A stretch of 64,000 bases of DNA from assembly GCF_009914755.1 (NCBI RefSeq), contig NC_060944.1; one strand, given 5' to 3'. The position numbers and the translations under genes are program-made. Below the pieces are notes generated by a model. That model did no database searches. It was given only the letters and a program-made list of their open reading frames with translations, and was not told the origin of the DNA. Positions within the stretch are counted from its first letter, which is position 1. Each line of letters begins with the position of its first letter. This document shows positions 1-16,218 of the stretch, one piece after another. Origin of the DNA: the human T2T-CHM13v2.0 reference genome, Homo sapiens.

Positions 1-109
1 ATGCTAATGAATCACCCTCCAATCCATTTGTAGAGTGCTCTATCTGTAGAGTTATAGAAATATCAGTGTTCGCTCAAGATGGTCCATTGGGATGAGAAAA
101 TATTAGGAC

Positions 110-359
110 TTATATTCATGGTTATGTTTATTTGAAACTAGGAGAGATACTAAGTTTTACTAGTGTTTGCTACATGGCCTGACCCCAAAGGCCACACTGG
201 GTCATGTGTCATGGGTGGTAAGCATGGGGGCGTCAGAGTGGTAGCCCGTGGCTCTTTCACTGACTTCTTGGCCTTCGGTGTATTACCATGTGTTACAGTT
301 TCCCTGCTAGAGGAGGTTATCAACTCATCAACAGGGCTCATTTGGCAAAACCGAGACCC
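110..359 (-). other. Candidate terminal exon of a minus-strand transcript from the CpG island
   Basis: tcatttAG acceptor (AG at 361-360, weak pyrimidine tract), non-repetitive sequence, open frame 359-150, downstream AATAAA. Confidence 0.3.
127..132 (-). terminator. Candidate poly(A) signal AATAAA for a minus-strand transcript
   Basis: + strand TTTATT at 127-132, about 18 nt past the stop of minus-strand ORF 341..150. Confidence 0.3.
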
Positions 360-471
360 CTAAATGATATGATTTTTACAATACTTTAAAAATTGGCTGT
401 ATCTGTTTCCAGATTTTTTTCCCCTAAGCATCTACTAACAAATAGTTATATGTATTAGAAAACAAAAAGAG

Positions 472-786
<315 letters not shown>

Positions 787-1387
787 GCTTCATAATCTAC
801 ATACACCTCTTTTCTTCACTCAGCCATATGGTTTGGGCATCTTTTCATGTCACTATATTTAGCTCTACCTCATTTTTCCCTACCTTATTCTTTTAAATAT
901 TTGCATAGAGTTCCGCAGTCATCCCTCTCATTACAAGGTTAGTTTGTTCCTAAGAAAATTCATAGGGTGAATTTTCATAAACGGAAAAGATAATTACTAT
1001 TTCAACCGATGGTACACAGTTACTGCACAATTTCAGAAACAAAATACACACATGATTCTCAAAGTCATAAAAATTTTTTTAAAAAGCAGTATAAGAGAGA
1101 CAAAGGAAACAATGCAAGTGATGCCTGAGTCTGTTACTTACAACCCGCACCAACTATGTCACCATAGAGAAGACCATGTGGAGGCTGCTCCAGAGGCTCA
1201 ATAGCAGTCTTTGCTAATGCAGTGAAATCCTCACAAGCCAAAGAAAAGAAATTTAATGGAAATTAAACTCCTTTTAAAGTCAAAGTCTTGAACTTGCATG
1301 GGCATATTTTAGGGTAAGACTCTTTCCCATAGTATGGATGCATTATAATTTATTTCCCAACTGTTCATTATATGGACATCTGGGTTC

Positions 1388-1774
1388 ATATTAATCTGCC
1401 AGGACTCCCATAACAAAATACCACAGACTGAGTGGCTTAAACAACAGAAATGTATTTTCTGACAGTTTCAGAAGCTGGAAATCCAAAATCAAGGTGTTGG
1501 CAGCTTGGTTTCTCCTGAGGCCTCTCTCCTTGGCTTGCAGATGGCAATCTTTTCAGTGTATCCCCACATGGTCTTTCCTCTGTGTGTGCACCCTGGGTGT
1601 CTCTCTTCTTAGAAGGATACTAGTCATATTGGATGAGGTCAATATGAGGTCATTACCCATATGACCTCATTCAACCTTAATTACCTCTTTAAAGACCTTA
1701 TCTCCAAATACAGTGGCATTCAAAATCATTAGGAGTTAAGATGAATTTTGGGGTGCACAATTCAGTCCATAACT
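1388..1774 (-). mobile_element. MaLR solo LTR (MLT1A/B-like)
   Basis: ATAACAAAATACCACAGACTG...GGCTTAAACAACAGAAAT and CACAATTCAGTCCATAAC match MLT1 antisense. Confidence 0.85.
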
Positions 1775-1949
1775 CAGTTGTTTCTCATATTTTTCACCGA
1801 TATTCCTCACCTCACACACTCCTCAATCCATTCTAATCTCATTTCCACCCTCAGTGCTCCAATGGATACTTCCCTCCTCTGAGTGCTACCTGGTCAATTG
1901 TGATTGTTGCTCCCGTAAACAACTACAGTGTTCTCCTTCTTACTGGTTC

Positions 1950-2567
1950 CATGATGTTTATCATCCCCCCTGCCGCCGCCCAATCCATTCTCCCATAGAC
2001 ATAGTAAAATGCATTTGTAATCTAATCACCCCACCCCTTATCTTGATACTCTTCCCTGACTTCTTGCTTTTGAATTAAGACGCAAACAACTTAGGATGGT
2101 GGACAAGCCCTTGCAGGATCAGATATCGGTCCACCTCATTCATACTCCAACAGCCTCCTCCAACCCACTTCATTCCAGCCACACTGGCTTGCTTTCATCC
2201 CATGAGAAAGGTCAAGTCTTTTCCCACTTCAGGGCATGAATTGTGTCCTCTGCCAAGAACAACCTCCTCTTTGTCTGTCTCATCCTTCACACAGATTAAA
2301 AGTGAGTTTCTCAGTGAAGCTCTCCTTGACCCCCACTTGTCAGGTTACCATTGTCCCAGGCTCCCACAGAATTCTGGATTTTCTCTGCAGTGGTTATTAC
2401 ACATTGCAGTCACTGGAGCGATTGTTTCATATGCATCTCCCCCACCAGACCAAGAGCTTCTGGAGAGCAGGGGCCACATGGAAGATGCTCATTCCTGCAT
2501 CCCCAATGCTCAGCCCAATTCCTGGCACAAAGTAAGTACTCGATAAATATTTAATGAATAAATAAAC
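1950..2567 (+). mobile_element. L2 LINE 3' fragment
   Basis: Ends CCTGGCACAAAGTAAGTACTCGATAAATATTTAATGAATAAAT, the L2 3' terminus. Confidence 0.75.
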
Positions 2568-2856
2568 TCGTTGCATTTGGCTGTTTCCTCCATTTGGAAG
2601 GCCCTTTTCATTCTCATCCATCTGGCACGTTGAGGCCAGCCAGCTCCTATATCGCTCTGATTAGACTGTGAATTACTTTCATGGCAGGACCTGCGTTCCC
2701 AGTGCCTGGTAAAGGGCATGGCGCACACAGTAAGCCTGCCAGTTGAAGCAGATCATTTTTACTTTGCTGCGTATCCAGGTCCTACATCACTGCCCTACTG
2801 AAGGTTCTTGAGTCAAGAAGCAGATGAAAAAATTATCAACCTTCTGTCTGATTCAT

Positions 2857-2923
2857 AATGACTATCACCGGTAGTCATTTATTTTGTATGATTTGTCTAT
2901 AAATCATACAAAATAAAACTGAC
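2857..2923. repeat. Two overlapping inverted repeats (8-bp and 17-bp stems)
   Basis: AATGACTA/TAGTCATT and TTTATTTTGTATGATTT/AAATCATACAAAATAAA are exact reverse complements. Confidence 0.9.
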
Positions 2924-3150
2924 AATGGTTAAGATGGCACCTGTGAAATTTGTTATGAACTCAGAAGACTCACATCTTAAAGGTAACACTGGAAATTACA
3001 AGAAGCAAAGGAAATCAGATCTGGTTGAAATAATCAATGCAAACTAAAACAGACTGCCCACGTAAAATTTGCTCCTTACTAAACATTTGTAGAGGACTGC
3101 CATTGACAGATTTTTGGACCCACAAAATTTTGCCAAAGGAAATGGAACTA

Positions 3151-3447
<297 letters not shown>

Positions 3448-3458
3448 GAACTTGCTAG

Positions 3459-4403
<945 letters not shown>

Positions 4404-4619
4404 TTAAAGAAGTAAAATCTTTATCATGAAATTTATATGTAAAAGAATCACTCAGTAAAGACAATTTCCATAAAATAAAAATGGATATGGATACTATTTA
4501 ACTATGTTGTATTAAAAAAAACTGATCAAAGAATTGGTTTAATGGAAAATGCTCTGGAAAATTCTTTTGCAACAGTTCATCGCTGTTGATATAATCCTAA
4601 TTAAAATTATCGGACTCCA

Positions 4620-4880
4620 GTTTTGGTGGAGATGTAAATTTGCTAGTGTCTTTGAAGAGCAATTTAGTCATATTCATGAAAATTAAAATTGCATGTGGCC
4701 TTTGACATAGAAATTTTACTTCTGGAAATTTACAGAGAAAGTTGCACGTGTGCACGTACATACAAGGATATTACCACTCCACTCTAGTATTTTTTGTAGT
4801 AACGAAGATTGAACAAACATTAATGTCCTCCAGTAAGAAGCTGATTAAAATTCAGTATGAGACATCCATTGTACCCAAAG
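4620..4880 (+). mobile_element. Old L1M fragment
   Basis: Degenerate L1 3'-region motifs (CTTTGAC..AGAAATTTTACTTCTGGAAATTTA). Confidence 0.55.
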
Positions 4881-5158
4881 CTAGGTGGCCTTAAGAAGGT
4901 CAGTGTCGCTCAGCGACAGGGCTCGGCCCCCCCTCGTGCAAACCCACCCCGAGGTGTGAGGCCAGGAGTGTGCGGTCACGAGGCGCCCGGGAAGTGTGTC
5001 CAATGCCCGAAGCAGCCCCCACCCGGGCGGTCCTGAGTCCGGGTCGCGCTCTGGTGTATCTCTTTTGACGTCTGCTACCCACAGCCTGGGGCAGGAGAGT
5101 GGCGACGGCGAGGAGCAACTGCACGCGACTTGGGACCTTGCCCTGCCCCGCGGCCCGC

Positions 5159-5172
5159 GTCACCATGGCAAC
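5159..5172. promoter_or_regulatory. RFX X-box 1
   Basis: GTCACCATGGCAAC matches GTNRCC-N0-3-RGYAAC. Confidence 0.75.
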
Positions 5173-5344
5173 TGCAGGCAGCCAGCACCGACGGCGGGAA
5201 AACGAGGACCGGAGCCGCGTTACAGCCTTGGCCTTCGAGCAGCCCAGGGAGAGTCTCTGCGTCCTCCAGCCCCCGCTTCCCTTCATGTCGGAGGTCCTAA
5301 GCCCGCAGCGAAGTCCTTAAAGAGCTTTCCCCGACGCCTACGAG

Positions 5345-5354
5345 ACCGGAAGTG
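5345..5354 (+). promoter_or_regulatory. ETS (GABPA/ELK-type) site
   Basis: ACCGGAAGTG consensus, between the two X-boxes. Confidence 0.7.
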
Positions 5355-5539
5355 CCTGGGCCCAGGTGGAGGAAGGACCCGCGTGGCCGCCTCCGCGCTC
5401 TCCCTGGGGTCCGTGCCCCTTCCGGCGTTTCTCCCGCGTCCTTCACCATGGCAACTCGGGCGTCGGGAGCGTGGGCTGCGAGCCGAGTGGGTGGGGGAGC
5501 CGCCGGGCTCTATCCGCCAGCCCACGAGAAGTGACGAAG
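5350..5539 (+). other. Candidate first exon of a plus-strand transcript
   Basis: Downstream of the ETS site; AAG|GTGACG donor at 5539/5540; start position is a guess. Confidence 0.3.
5442..5455. promoter_or_regulatory. RFX X-box 2
   Basis: TTCACCATGGCAAC, one mismatch from X-box 1. Confidence 0.65.
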
Positions 5540-5974
5540 GTGACGGGAGGCCGCAGGGACCTGAGGGCGGAGAGGGGAATTCAGAAAGTGCCGGGCGGCG
5601 GCTTCCGCTTCCTCTGCGGGGTCTCTGGGTGGTCGTGGCTGGGAGCTGCCGGGGCCCGGTGGCCGTGCGCCTCTGCTCCGGGCAAGCTCTCCCTGCAAGG
5701 CCCGGGCGGCGGCAGGGGGCAGTAGCGGCCCGCGATGCTCAGAGGCTCGCTGGCACGGAGCTCCCGGGCTGGGGCGTCCAGATCTGGAGAAGCCGGGGGC
5801 CTTGGTCACACTCAGAGCTGACGTCCAGTGCGGCCCTTGCTGAGGACTCGAGCGAACAGATCTCTACCCAGCCCCCGCCCCACGCGCACCCAGCCTGGGT
5901 CAGCTCGCCCTGCCCTCCGCCACGCAGCTGGTGGCTAAGCGCGGGCTCCGGGTTCAGGCTGCCTTGAGCTCTGT

Positions 5975-6326
5975 TGGTTCCCTCTGAAAGTGCTGATAAT
6001 GATAGCAGGTATCTTGGGATTGCTTTGAGTATTAAACGAGTTAATCGTACTTAGTACAATTTCTGGACTTAGTTTCTAGCACGTGGGAAGTGCTCATGGG
6101 CTTGCCTGGGGCAAGTTAGTTGACCTCTCAACCTTGCCTCATTAAAAAGTGGGGATAATAATAGTACCCACTTAATACCGTTATAATAATTACAGTAGTT
6201 AATATTTGTAAAGCCCCTTGCCTTCAAGAACTTAGGACATTAAAAAAAAGATTGTGAAGTCCCTAGAATGGTGCCAGGCACATAGTAAGCTGCCTCTATT
6301 ATTACCATGGTCATATTGTTGTTATC
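5975..6326 (+). mobile_element. MIR fragments
   Basis: GGGCAAGTTAGTTGACCTCTC...AAAAGTGGGGATAATAATAGTACC core; GTGCCAGGCACATAGTAAG tail. Confidence 0.75.
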
Positions 6327-6330
6327 ACTA

Positions 6331-6777
6331 TGTTAAATAAAATTTATAAGAGGCTATTGGTTTGGACTGAGCTCCTGCACTATGCCCAACAGATCAACCC
6401 AACATGGAGTCACTTATGCTGAAGTTCCGTGCCACCAAGCTGAAACTAAGTTGCTTATTTGACTTTCCTAGAAATTAGGAGAGAGAGACAGTTAATATAG
6501 CCAAATGCCCAAGTAAACCAGCTTTAGCTGGCATGATGAGGAAGTCCTCTCTGCTTTAACCTTTACAAGGAAAATAACTTTGAAACAACCAATTCGCTTT
6601 TTGTTCTGTGTTTCTGCTTTCTTCAGCCCTTTTCTGTCTATAAAGCCAGCCTCCTCAGCTCAGCTCATCAGAGCACTCATTCTGTTTTATAGAACGAGGC
6701 ATCGGCTGATTCTAGAATGCAAATATAAGCCAATTAAGATTTTAAACTAAATTTCTTGTAATTTTTGTCTTTTGACA
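6331..6777 (+). mobile_element. MER31-like ERV1 solo LTR
   Basis: TGTTAAATAAAATTTAT...GGACTGAGCTCCTGCACTA start, TTTGACA end, 4-bp TSD ACTA. Confidence 0.85.
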
Positions 6778-7516
6778 ACTATTATCGTCTGTTTGCCTTG
6801 TGAGGTTGGAAAGGATTGCACTTGTCCTGCTACAAGGACTCTTAGCCTCTGGCTGGATTACAGAAACATTTGCCTGCATTTCTCCTTTTATTTCCCAAAG
6901 TTTTTCAGCGTCTTACATGGTTCTGTAGAAGAGGCAGGATCGTGTCCTTAAAAGACCACTGGGCTGTGAGTCAGGTGGATTTTGGTCTTGATAATGCTAC
7001 TTGGGCAGGTCACTGTTTCCTCATCCATCTGTAAGCCTCTTTCAACAAAGGGTAGCTGGTATTATCTATTATGCATGTTTAGCCTTTCCGGTAAGGTAAT
7101 ATATTTAGTAAAACTAAATTAGCATCTGTCAGCAACTCTCCAGGGTAGTAGGAGAAGGTGGCAGGTGCTTTGAGGAAGTTACAGATGAGAAGCTATGGGA
7201 TTCTGAGAAGGGAGAGTAAGCTTCTTAATTTATACTTTAATTTCTAATAAGTAGAAATGTCAAGATGTACGGGGGTCAAATGAGAATGATTCTACCCCTC
7301 CACCCCACTAAAAAGTCTGGGAAAGTGAATTTTCCCCTCTGAGGCCTTCTTATTTCTCAGTTGGAAATAAAATGTATGTTGGCAGCTACATTCATTATTG
7401 CTTGCAGTGTAATCCGGCCCCTGTTATGGATTCCCAGACTTGGGCTCCTGGACTGACTTCTTCCATTGGCAAGAACATCATATTCACCATATTCTTCTCT
7501 TTCTCTCTCTCTCTCT

Positions 7517-7822
7517 TTTTTTTTTTTTTTTTTTTTTTTGAGACAGTCTCGCTCTGTCACCCAGGCTGGAGTGCAGTGGCATGATCTTGGCTTACTGCAA
7601 CCTGCAACCTCTGCCTCCCCGGCTCAAGCAACTCTTGTGCCTCAGCTTCCCAAGTAGTTACAGGCATGCACCACCATGACCGGCTAAATTTTTGTATTTT
7701 TTAGTAGAGATGGGGTTTCACCATGTTGGCCAGTCTGGTCTTGAACTCCTAATCTCAAATCTGCCCGCCTTGGCTGCTTCCCAAAGTGCCGGGATTGCAG
7801 GTGTGAGCCACTGTGCCTGGCC
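7517..7822 (-). mobile_element. Alu SINE (AluS-like)
   Basis: Antisense dimer with poly-T. Confidence 0.95.
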
Positions 7823-7823
7823 C

Positions 7824-8136
7824 TTTGTTTTTTGTTTGTTTGTTTTGGAGACAGGGTCTCACCCTGTTGTCCAGGCTGGAGTGCAGTGGCACAGTCACAG
7901 CTCACTGTAGCCTCGTCCTCTAGAGCTCAAGTGATCCTTTCACCTCAACCTCGCTAGTAGCTGGGACCACAGGCACACACAACCATGCCCAGCTAATTAT
8001 ATTTTCATTTTTTGTAGGAACGGGTAGGGTGTCTCTATGTAGCCCAGGCTGGCCTTGAACTCCTGGGCTCAAGGGATTTTCCCTCCTTGGCTTCCCAAAG
8101 TGCTGGAATTACAGACATAAACCGCCGCACCTGGCC
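7824..8136 (-). mobile_element. Alu SINE (AluJ-like)
   Basis: Antisense dimer. Confidence 0.95.
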
Positions 8137-8398
8137 TTCTTTCTGTTTTCAGAAACCTCCCTTCACTCACCAGAGTGTAAGGTCCCTATTTATCCCACTT
8201 AGGTTAATGCACTAGGTTAGAGTAAGCAGTGTTTCCTAGCAGTTATGGGCATTGGCTTTTATAGTCAGGGGATTTGAGCCCTGCTGTGATTTTGAATCAA
8301 TGTCTGAGCCTCAGTTTCTTCATCTTCAAAACAAGGACAGTAATACTCCGGGCTGTTGTGATGATAGCGTGAGATCTTGCACTTAAAGAATCCAGCAT

Positions 8399-8708
<310 letters not shown>

Positions 8709-8788
8709 AATCCAGCGGTACCTGCTAGGACAAGTGCTCAAAAAAAAAAAATGTTGGCTGCTCTTTTTAAAAATATACATAAATAAAT

Positions 8789-8902
8789 ATGGGGTCTTAC
8801 TGTGTTGCCCAGGCTGGTCTCAAACTCCTGGCCTCAAGCCATCCTCCTGCCCCGGCCTTCCAAAGTGCTGGGATTACAGGCATGTGCCACCACACCCAGC
8901 TG
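8789..8902 (-). mobile_element. Alu left monomer/FLAM
   Basis: Single antisense arm. Confidence 0.85.
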
Positions 8903-9894
8903 GCTGCTCTTTTTTAGCACTGTCATCATGGTTATTACATTGTTAGTTCACAAAAGGCAGGGTGATCTTTTGTAGTCTTTTTCTTCTCTTTATTGCTTGG
9001 CAGATCTCTTTATTGCCAGCAAATGTTTGTTGAATGAATGAGTGAATCCACCCAGGAAGCTCTAGTAGCAGTGAATTTCACATTGCCCTGACTAATAGCA
9101 GCTCTGCGCCAGAAACCATATTCAGTCCCATTACCTTGTTGAATCCTCAAGTTTGATGACTTTGTCTAGCCTTCCAATTTGGCTCCTGAAGCATTGGTGT
9201 CATTGATTCACAGTCCAGAAGCTGGGAGTAATGTCTGCTGCAGATTTCTGTATTGTTTCCGTAATGAAGCTGACAGCAGCATAATATCTGTAGCCTGTGC
9301 TAAGATAGGAGTTGGGTGTCATGCTGACGTCAGGCAGTGTGTTCTCATCTCCCCAAGGATGAGCTGGCTTCCTTGATGCAGTTTCCTCATCTCATTAGTG
9401 CATTGCTTGACATTACACTTCTGAAACAGCAGGGCTCAATCAGAGTTTAGCACTGCAACTCTATCAGGGTGATAATGTCACAGGGCATCAGATTCCTTCT
9501 TTTGTCCCTCTGTGGCCACTTCCAGAGAAGTGTAGCAGCTGTAGGGGAAGGACAGACCAAGGAAGGTCTTTTTGCTTCTTCTGATCCACTCACTGTATTT
9601 GAGTTTTGGGTTAGAGAAGCCTTTAGAAACCTCTAATTTAGTACTTTTTAAATACTGTTCTGTGGGGGTTTTAGAATTCGTAGGACTCCCTCATCCTGCC
9701 AGGAGCTGTTTCTGGGGAGAATAACTACCTAAACAGGTAGAACTTGGGGCATCCTACCTCTGATTCAACCAAAGTGAGCCCTGTGACATCTCTGGAATAC
9801 TGAAGAACAAATTTCTTTTTATTCCTCAGTAGAGACTCTGAAAGCCAGTCAGCAACATTGTTGGACTTTGAGCAAGCTATTTATGCATTTGCAG

Positions 9895-10600
9895 TGTTTA
9901 TTCATTCATTCAGCACATTCTCCGACACTTTACTAGGGGGCTGGGGATAGAGCAAGAAACAAAATAAAGATCCTGCCATCAAAGAGCTTACATTCTAGTA
10001 GGAGGAGACAGACAGTAAAATATGTGCCATGCAGGGCCTCTCCAAGGATGTAGAATGAACAGACGGCTGAAGGAAGTGAGGGCTGATAAATGGTGGAAGA
10101 ATGTTCTAAGCAGAAGAAATAGCTGTGCAGAGTCTCTGAGGTAGGATGCCAGAGCAGCTGGAGAGGAGGGAATGATAGAGCCAGTGGAGGTAGACAAGAG
10201 GCTGAGGTCTAGATTACCAGGACCTCGGAACCATGGAAAGCACTTTAGATTTTACTCAGAAGGAGATGGGAGGACATTGGAGAGGTGAAAGCAGAGGAAT
10301 GACAGGACTTGATTAATAGGAACATTCCGGCTACTGGGTAGAGAATAGAACTTAGGGAGTGAGAGTGGAAGCAAAGACCAAGGAGGCTTTTAGAAGGGTC
10401 CACGTGCGAGGTGACAATAGCTTGGACTGGCATAGTAAAGAAAGGTGAGAAGCACTTGGACTTGGGATGCATTCCGAAGGCAGACCTTACACATTCTGCT
10501 AATGAGTTCTATGTTGGGTGGGAGAGAAAGAGGAATCGACCGTGACCTCAAGGCTTGGGCCTGTGCACCTGGATGAAGGGCGCTGTTTACTGAGACATTT
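9895..10600 (-). mobile_element. L2 LINE fragment
   Basis: TTTATTCATTCATTCAGCACATT antisense 3' end followed by typical L2 body. Confidence 0.8.
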
Positions 10601-10932
10601 GTCACAGTCACAGTTTGCCAATTCAACTGCTTTTCACGATGGAGGAGGAACTGCTCTAGGGTGATGTCAGAAGCTCTGAGACCAGGAGGGTGTTTTAGCT
10701 GAGGCTTTCTCATAACAGTCACTTGCCCACAGTCACACAAGTTGGATCTAGAACTAGAGCAAATGATCCCTGGTGCTAAGGCTGCATAGTGCCTATTAGC
10801 ATCCACAAAAATCTCATTTCTGTTTGGCTGCGCTTCAGATTCAGGCAGCTGGTGTATTTTGATGTCTTGGTGGTTCCATGCTGTGAGAAGAGTTTGTGTC
10901 ATGAAAATTAGCAGCCTTCTCTTTTCTCCCAG

Positions 10933-11048
10933 GAGCACCATTGAAGGAGAATTAGACAAACTGGAGTCTACTGAGATGAGGCTGTTGGGAATGGCCCTGG
11001 TACCACATCCTGAGCAGGGATGGCCGATGGAATGGGGAGAAGACTCAG
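10933..11048 (+). other. Candidate internal exon (116 nt)
   Basis: ccttctcttttctcccAG acceptor and CAG|GTGGGG donor in non-repetitive DNA. Confidence 0.3.
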
Positions 11049-11781
11049 GTGGGGCTTGAGTGTGTCCTCTGATGACTGAAGAGCCTTGGGAGCAAGCATC
11101 CTTCCTGCTACTGTGTGTTTGCTGGTTCCAATGATACATAATTTGTGCTTTTCGTAATTAAAGTATTATCCTGTAGATCTTGATGGTGTTGACTACTTCC
11201 CCTTGGAGGCGTGTGACCTGGAGATGAGGTTAGCGTATCCCACCACCACGTTTCCCCAGACCAAAAACTGAAGCAGCCTAGGGGGTTTCAGAAGTTTTAA
11301 AACTGGGCCTCTTGGGTCTTGATCTATAAGGAGATGAGATAGTTCCTGTGTGGGCACAAACGAAGGTGGGGGCCTTGCGCCAGTGGAGGAGTCCGGGGGG
11401 AAGAGCCTAGAGGAGGCAGCTAGGAAGCTTGTGGCAGCTACAGAGGCTACATATGTGTTGGCTTAGGGCCAGAGGCCTGTCCTATGGAGACTTGTCTGTT
11501 CTGTCATTTAGGAATATGTGCAGCTGCAAGAAACAGAATACCACTTAAGGTGCCTTCAGAAAAGCAGGGCTTTATTTTTCTGTCATGACAAGAGATGTGA
11601 ATTGGTCTTGGTTCAGTTGCTAAACCTTGCCAGCAAGAATTCAGGCCTCACATCTCCCCTCCCTTGGCAGGCTGGCTTTTGTTCTCCTGGCCACGAATTG
11701 CCTGCCTCGGCTCTGGGCATTAAGCCTTCATTCGGGACGGGAAGAAATGGGAGAGGGAGGAAGGGGCAATACCAGCTGGGT

Positions 11782-13050
<1,269 letters not shown>

Positions 13051-13244
13051 GTCTTTTTTAAATCAGGAAAGCCAAAACTTTCCCAGAATCCCATCCAAAT
13101 CCCCACCCCAGCAGCCTTCCACTTGGCCAGAACTATGTCACTACGACCATCCCTAGCTGAAAGAGAGATGGGAAAATGAGTATTTAGTTTTGTAACCTCT
13201 CTGGGAGAGGCAGACAAGCGAGAACGGGGGAAGAGCCCCTAGGG

Positions 13245-13868
<624 letters not shown>

Positions 13869-14213
13869 GGGTAGACGGCATGTTGGGTGAGCAAGCCCAT
13901 TCTTGCCACGCCCCTTTTGCTGCTGCTAGTATTCTCTGTAATTATTTCCTTTTCATTCTCCCAACTGATTTTAGAAAATGCCATCCTGTCTTAGCCTGCT
14001 GAAGAGAAAGAAGAAAGGGGGTTGTGGGTTGTATTTGGGCTAAAGTAATAATTAGGGAGACAGGAGCATCCTGGGGCCAGGCAAAGTAAGAGCAGTGGAA
14101 TTGAAACTTTCAGAGCCCCAGGGGACTGGTGAAGGATGGATGGGAGGAAAGGGACAGCAAGAGGTAGGCCAATTGCTGTTGTGAGGAAGAGTAAAATTCT
14201 TAAGTCAAAATCA

Positions 14214-14535
<322 letters not shown>

Positions 14536-14707
14536 CTGTGTTGTTCTCTGATTACAGAAGTGAAACTTTTATAAAATATGAGGAAAACAAAAGCACTGAA
14601 TAAATCTCTTTCTAATGTTAGTGATAGTCACTGTTAATAGCATATTAATTGTATATTTTATTTTATTAATTTTGTTTATACTTGTATATGCATACATGTA
14701 TATGTAA

Positions 14708-15082
<375 letters not shown>

Positions 15083-15299
15083 TAGGATTTTTAATTAGGT
15101 GATTGGATGGGATTTCATCCTATGAGTATACTGTAATTTAATTCAACCAGTCCTCTTTTGTCGGACATTAAGGTTTAATCAAGATTTGTCTGTGATAGGC
15201 AATGTTGCTATAAAATCTGTAATCAATCTTAGTGCACATTTCTGATTTTCTGGTTGAGGGGGTATAAATATTTTAGGGCAATTTATGCATATTTTCATC

Positions 15300-15628
<329 letters not shown>

Positions 15629-16218
15629 TGAAACTGTACTAATTGGAACTACCTAACAACACTGTAGGAAACATTTTTCTCATTTTATAAGAAAAAACTT
15701 TCTAACAACCAAAGAAAATGGGAGGCAGCAAGCTTTCTGTCATGAGGCCTGTTGGAGTATGGGCTATAGCCATGGTGTCGATTCTTTTTCCCTCACTGAC
15801 ACTGAGCATTAGTTACAATGGCCCATAAAGGGGAAAGTTGCCTTCTCTTGCCCTTAGTTGGACATTACAGAGCTAGATTGTTTGGTGGAGGCAATAACTT
15901 AAGAAATAAATAACTGCATTGGGATCAGCATTGGGCTAATGACCTTTAAGGTTTCCTCCAGGACCTTAAGGACCTACGTATGATACTTATACCTATGAAG
16001 TTTCTGTCCTGTTTCTAACATAGCCTGTACTATGCTTGTCTGTGCTCTCAGCAGGTAGGGACATGGTGAGCTCCTCAAGGGATTTTCCCAAAGTACGAAT
16101 CTCTTTGAGGTAGACAAGTTTCTCCCAGAGGATGAAAAGCATGTCGTAAAATGAGCATCATGTTGTTCAGCTCTTTTCTATCACTGCTGATCTTCCATCT
16201 AGTCATTTTATTAGTTGC

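Larger units (their letters stand above)
4900..5970. promoter_or_regulatory. CpG island promoter, probably bidirectional
   Basis: Abrupt GC-rich, CpG-dense ~1.07 kb block in CpG-depleted surroundings; ETS, CRE-like and X-box motifs; candidate splice donors on both strands. Confidence 0.9.

Noticed and set aside
4996-5967. 323-aa + strand ORF
   Set aside because: GTG start, coincides with the CpG island where stops are scarce, low-complexity G/P/R/A content, no recognisable domain
10390-11139. 249-aa minus-strand ORF
   Set aside because: Runs into L2 sequence, no recognisable domain, no promoter context; likely chance
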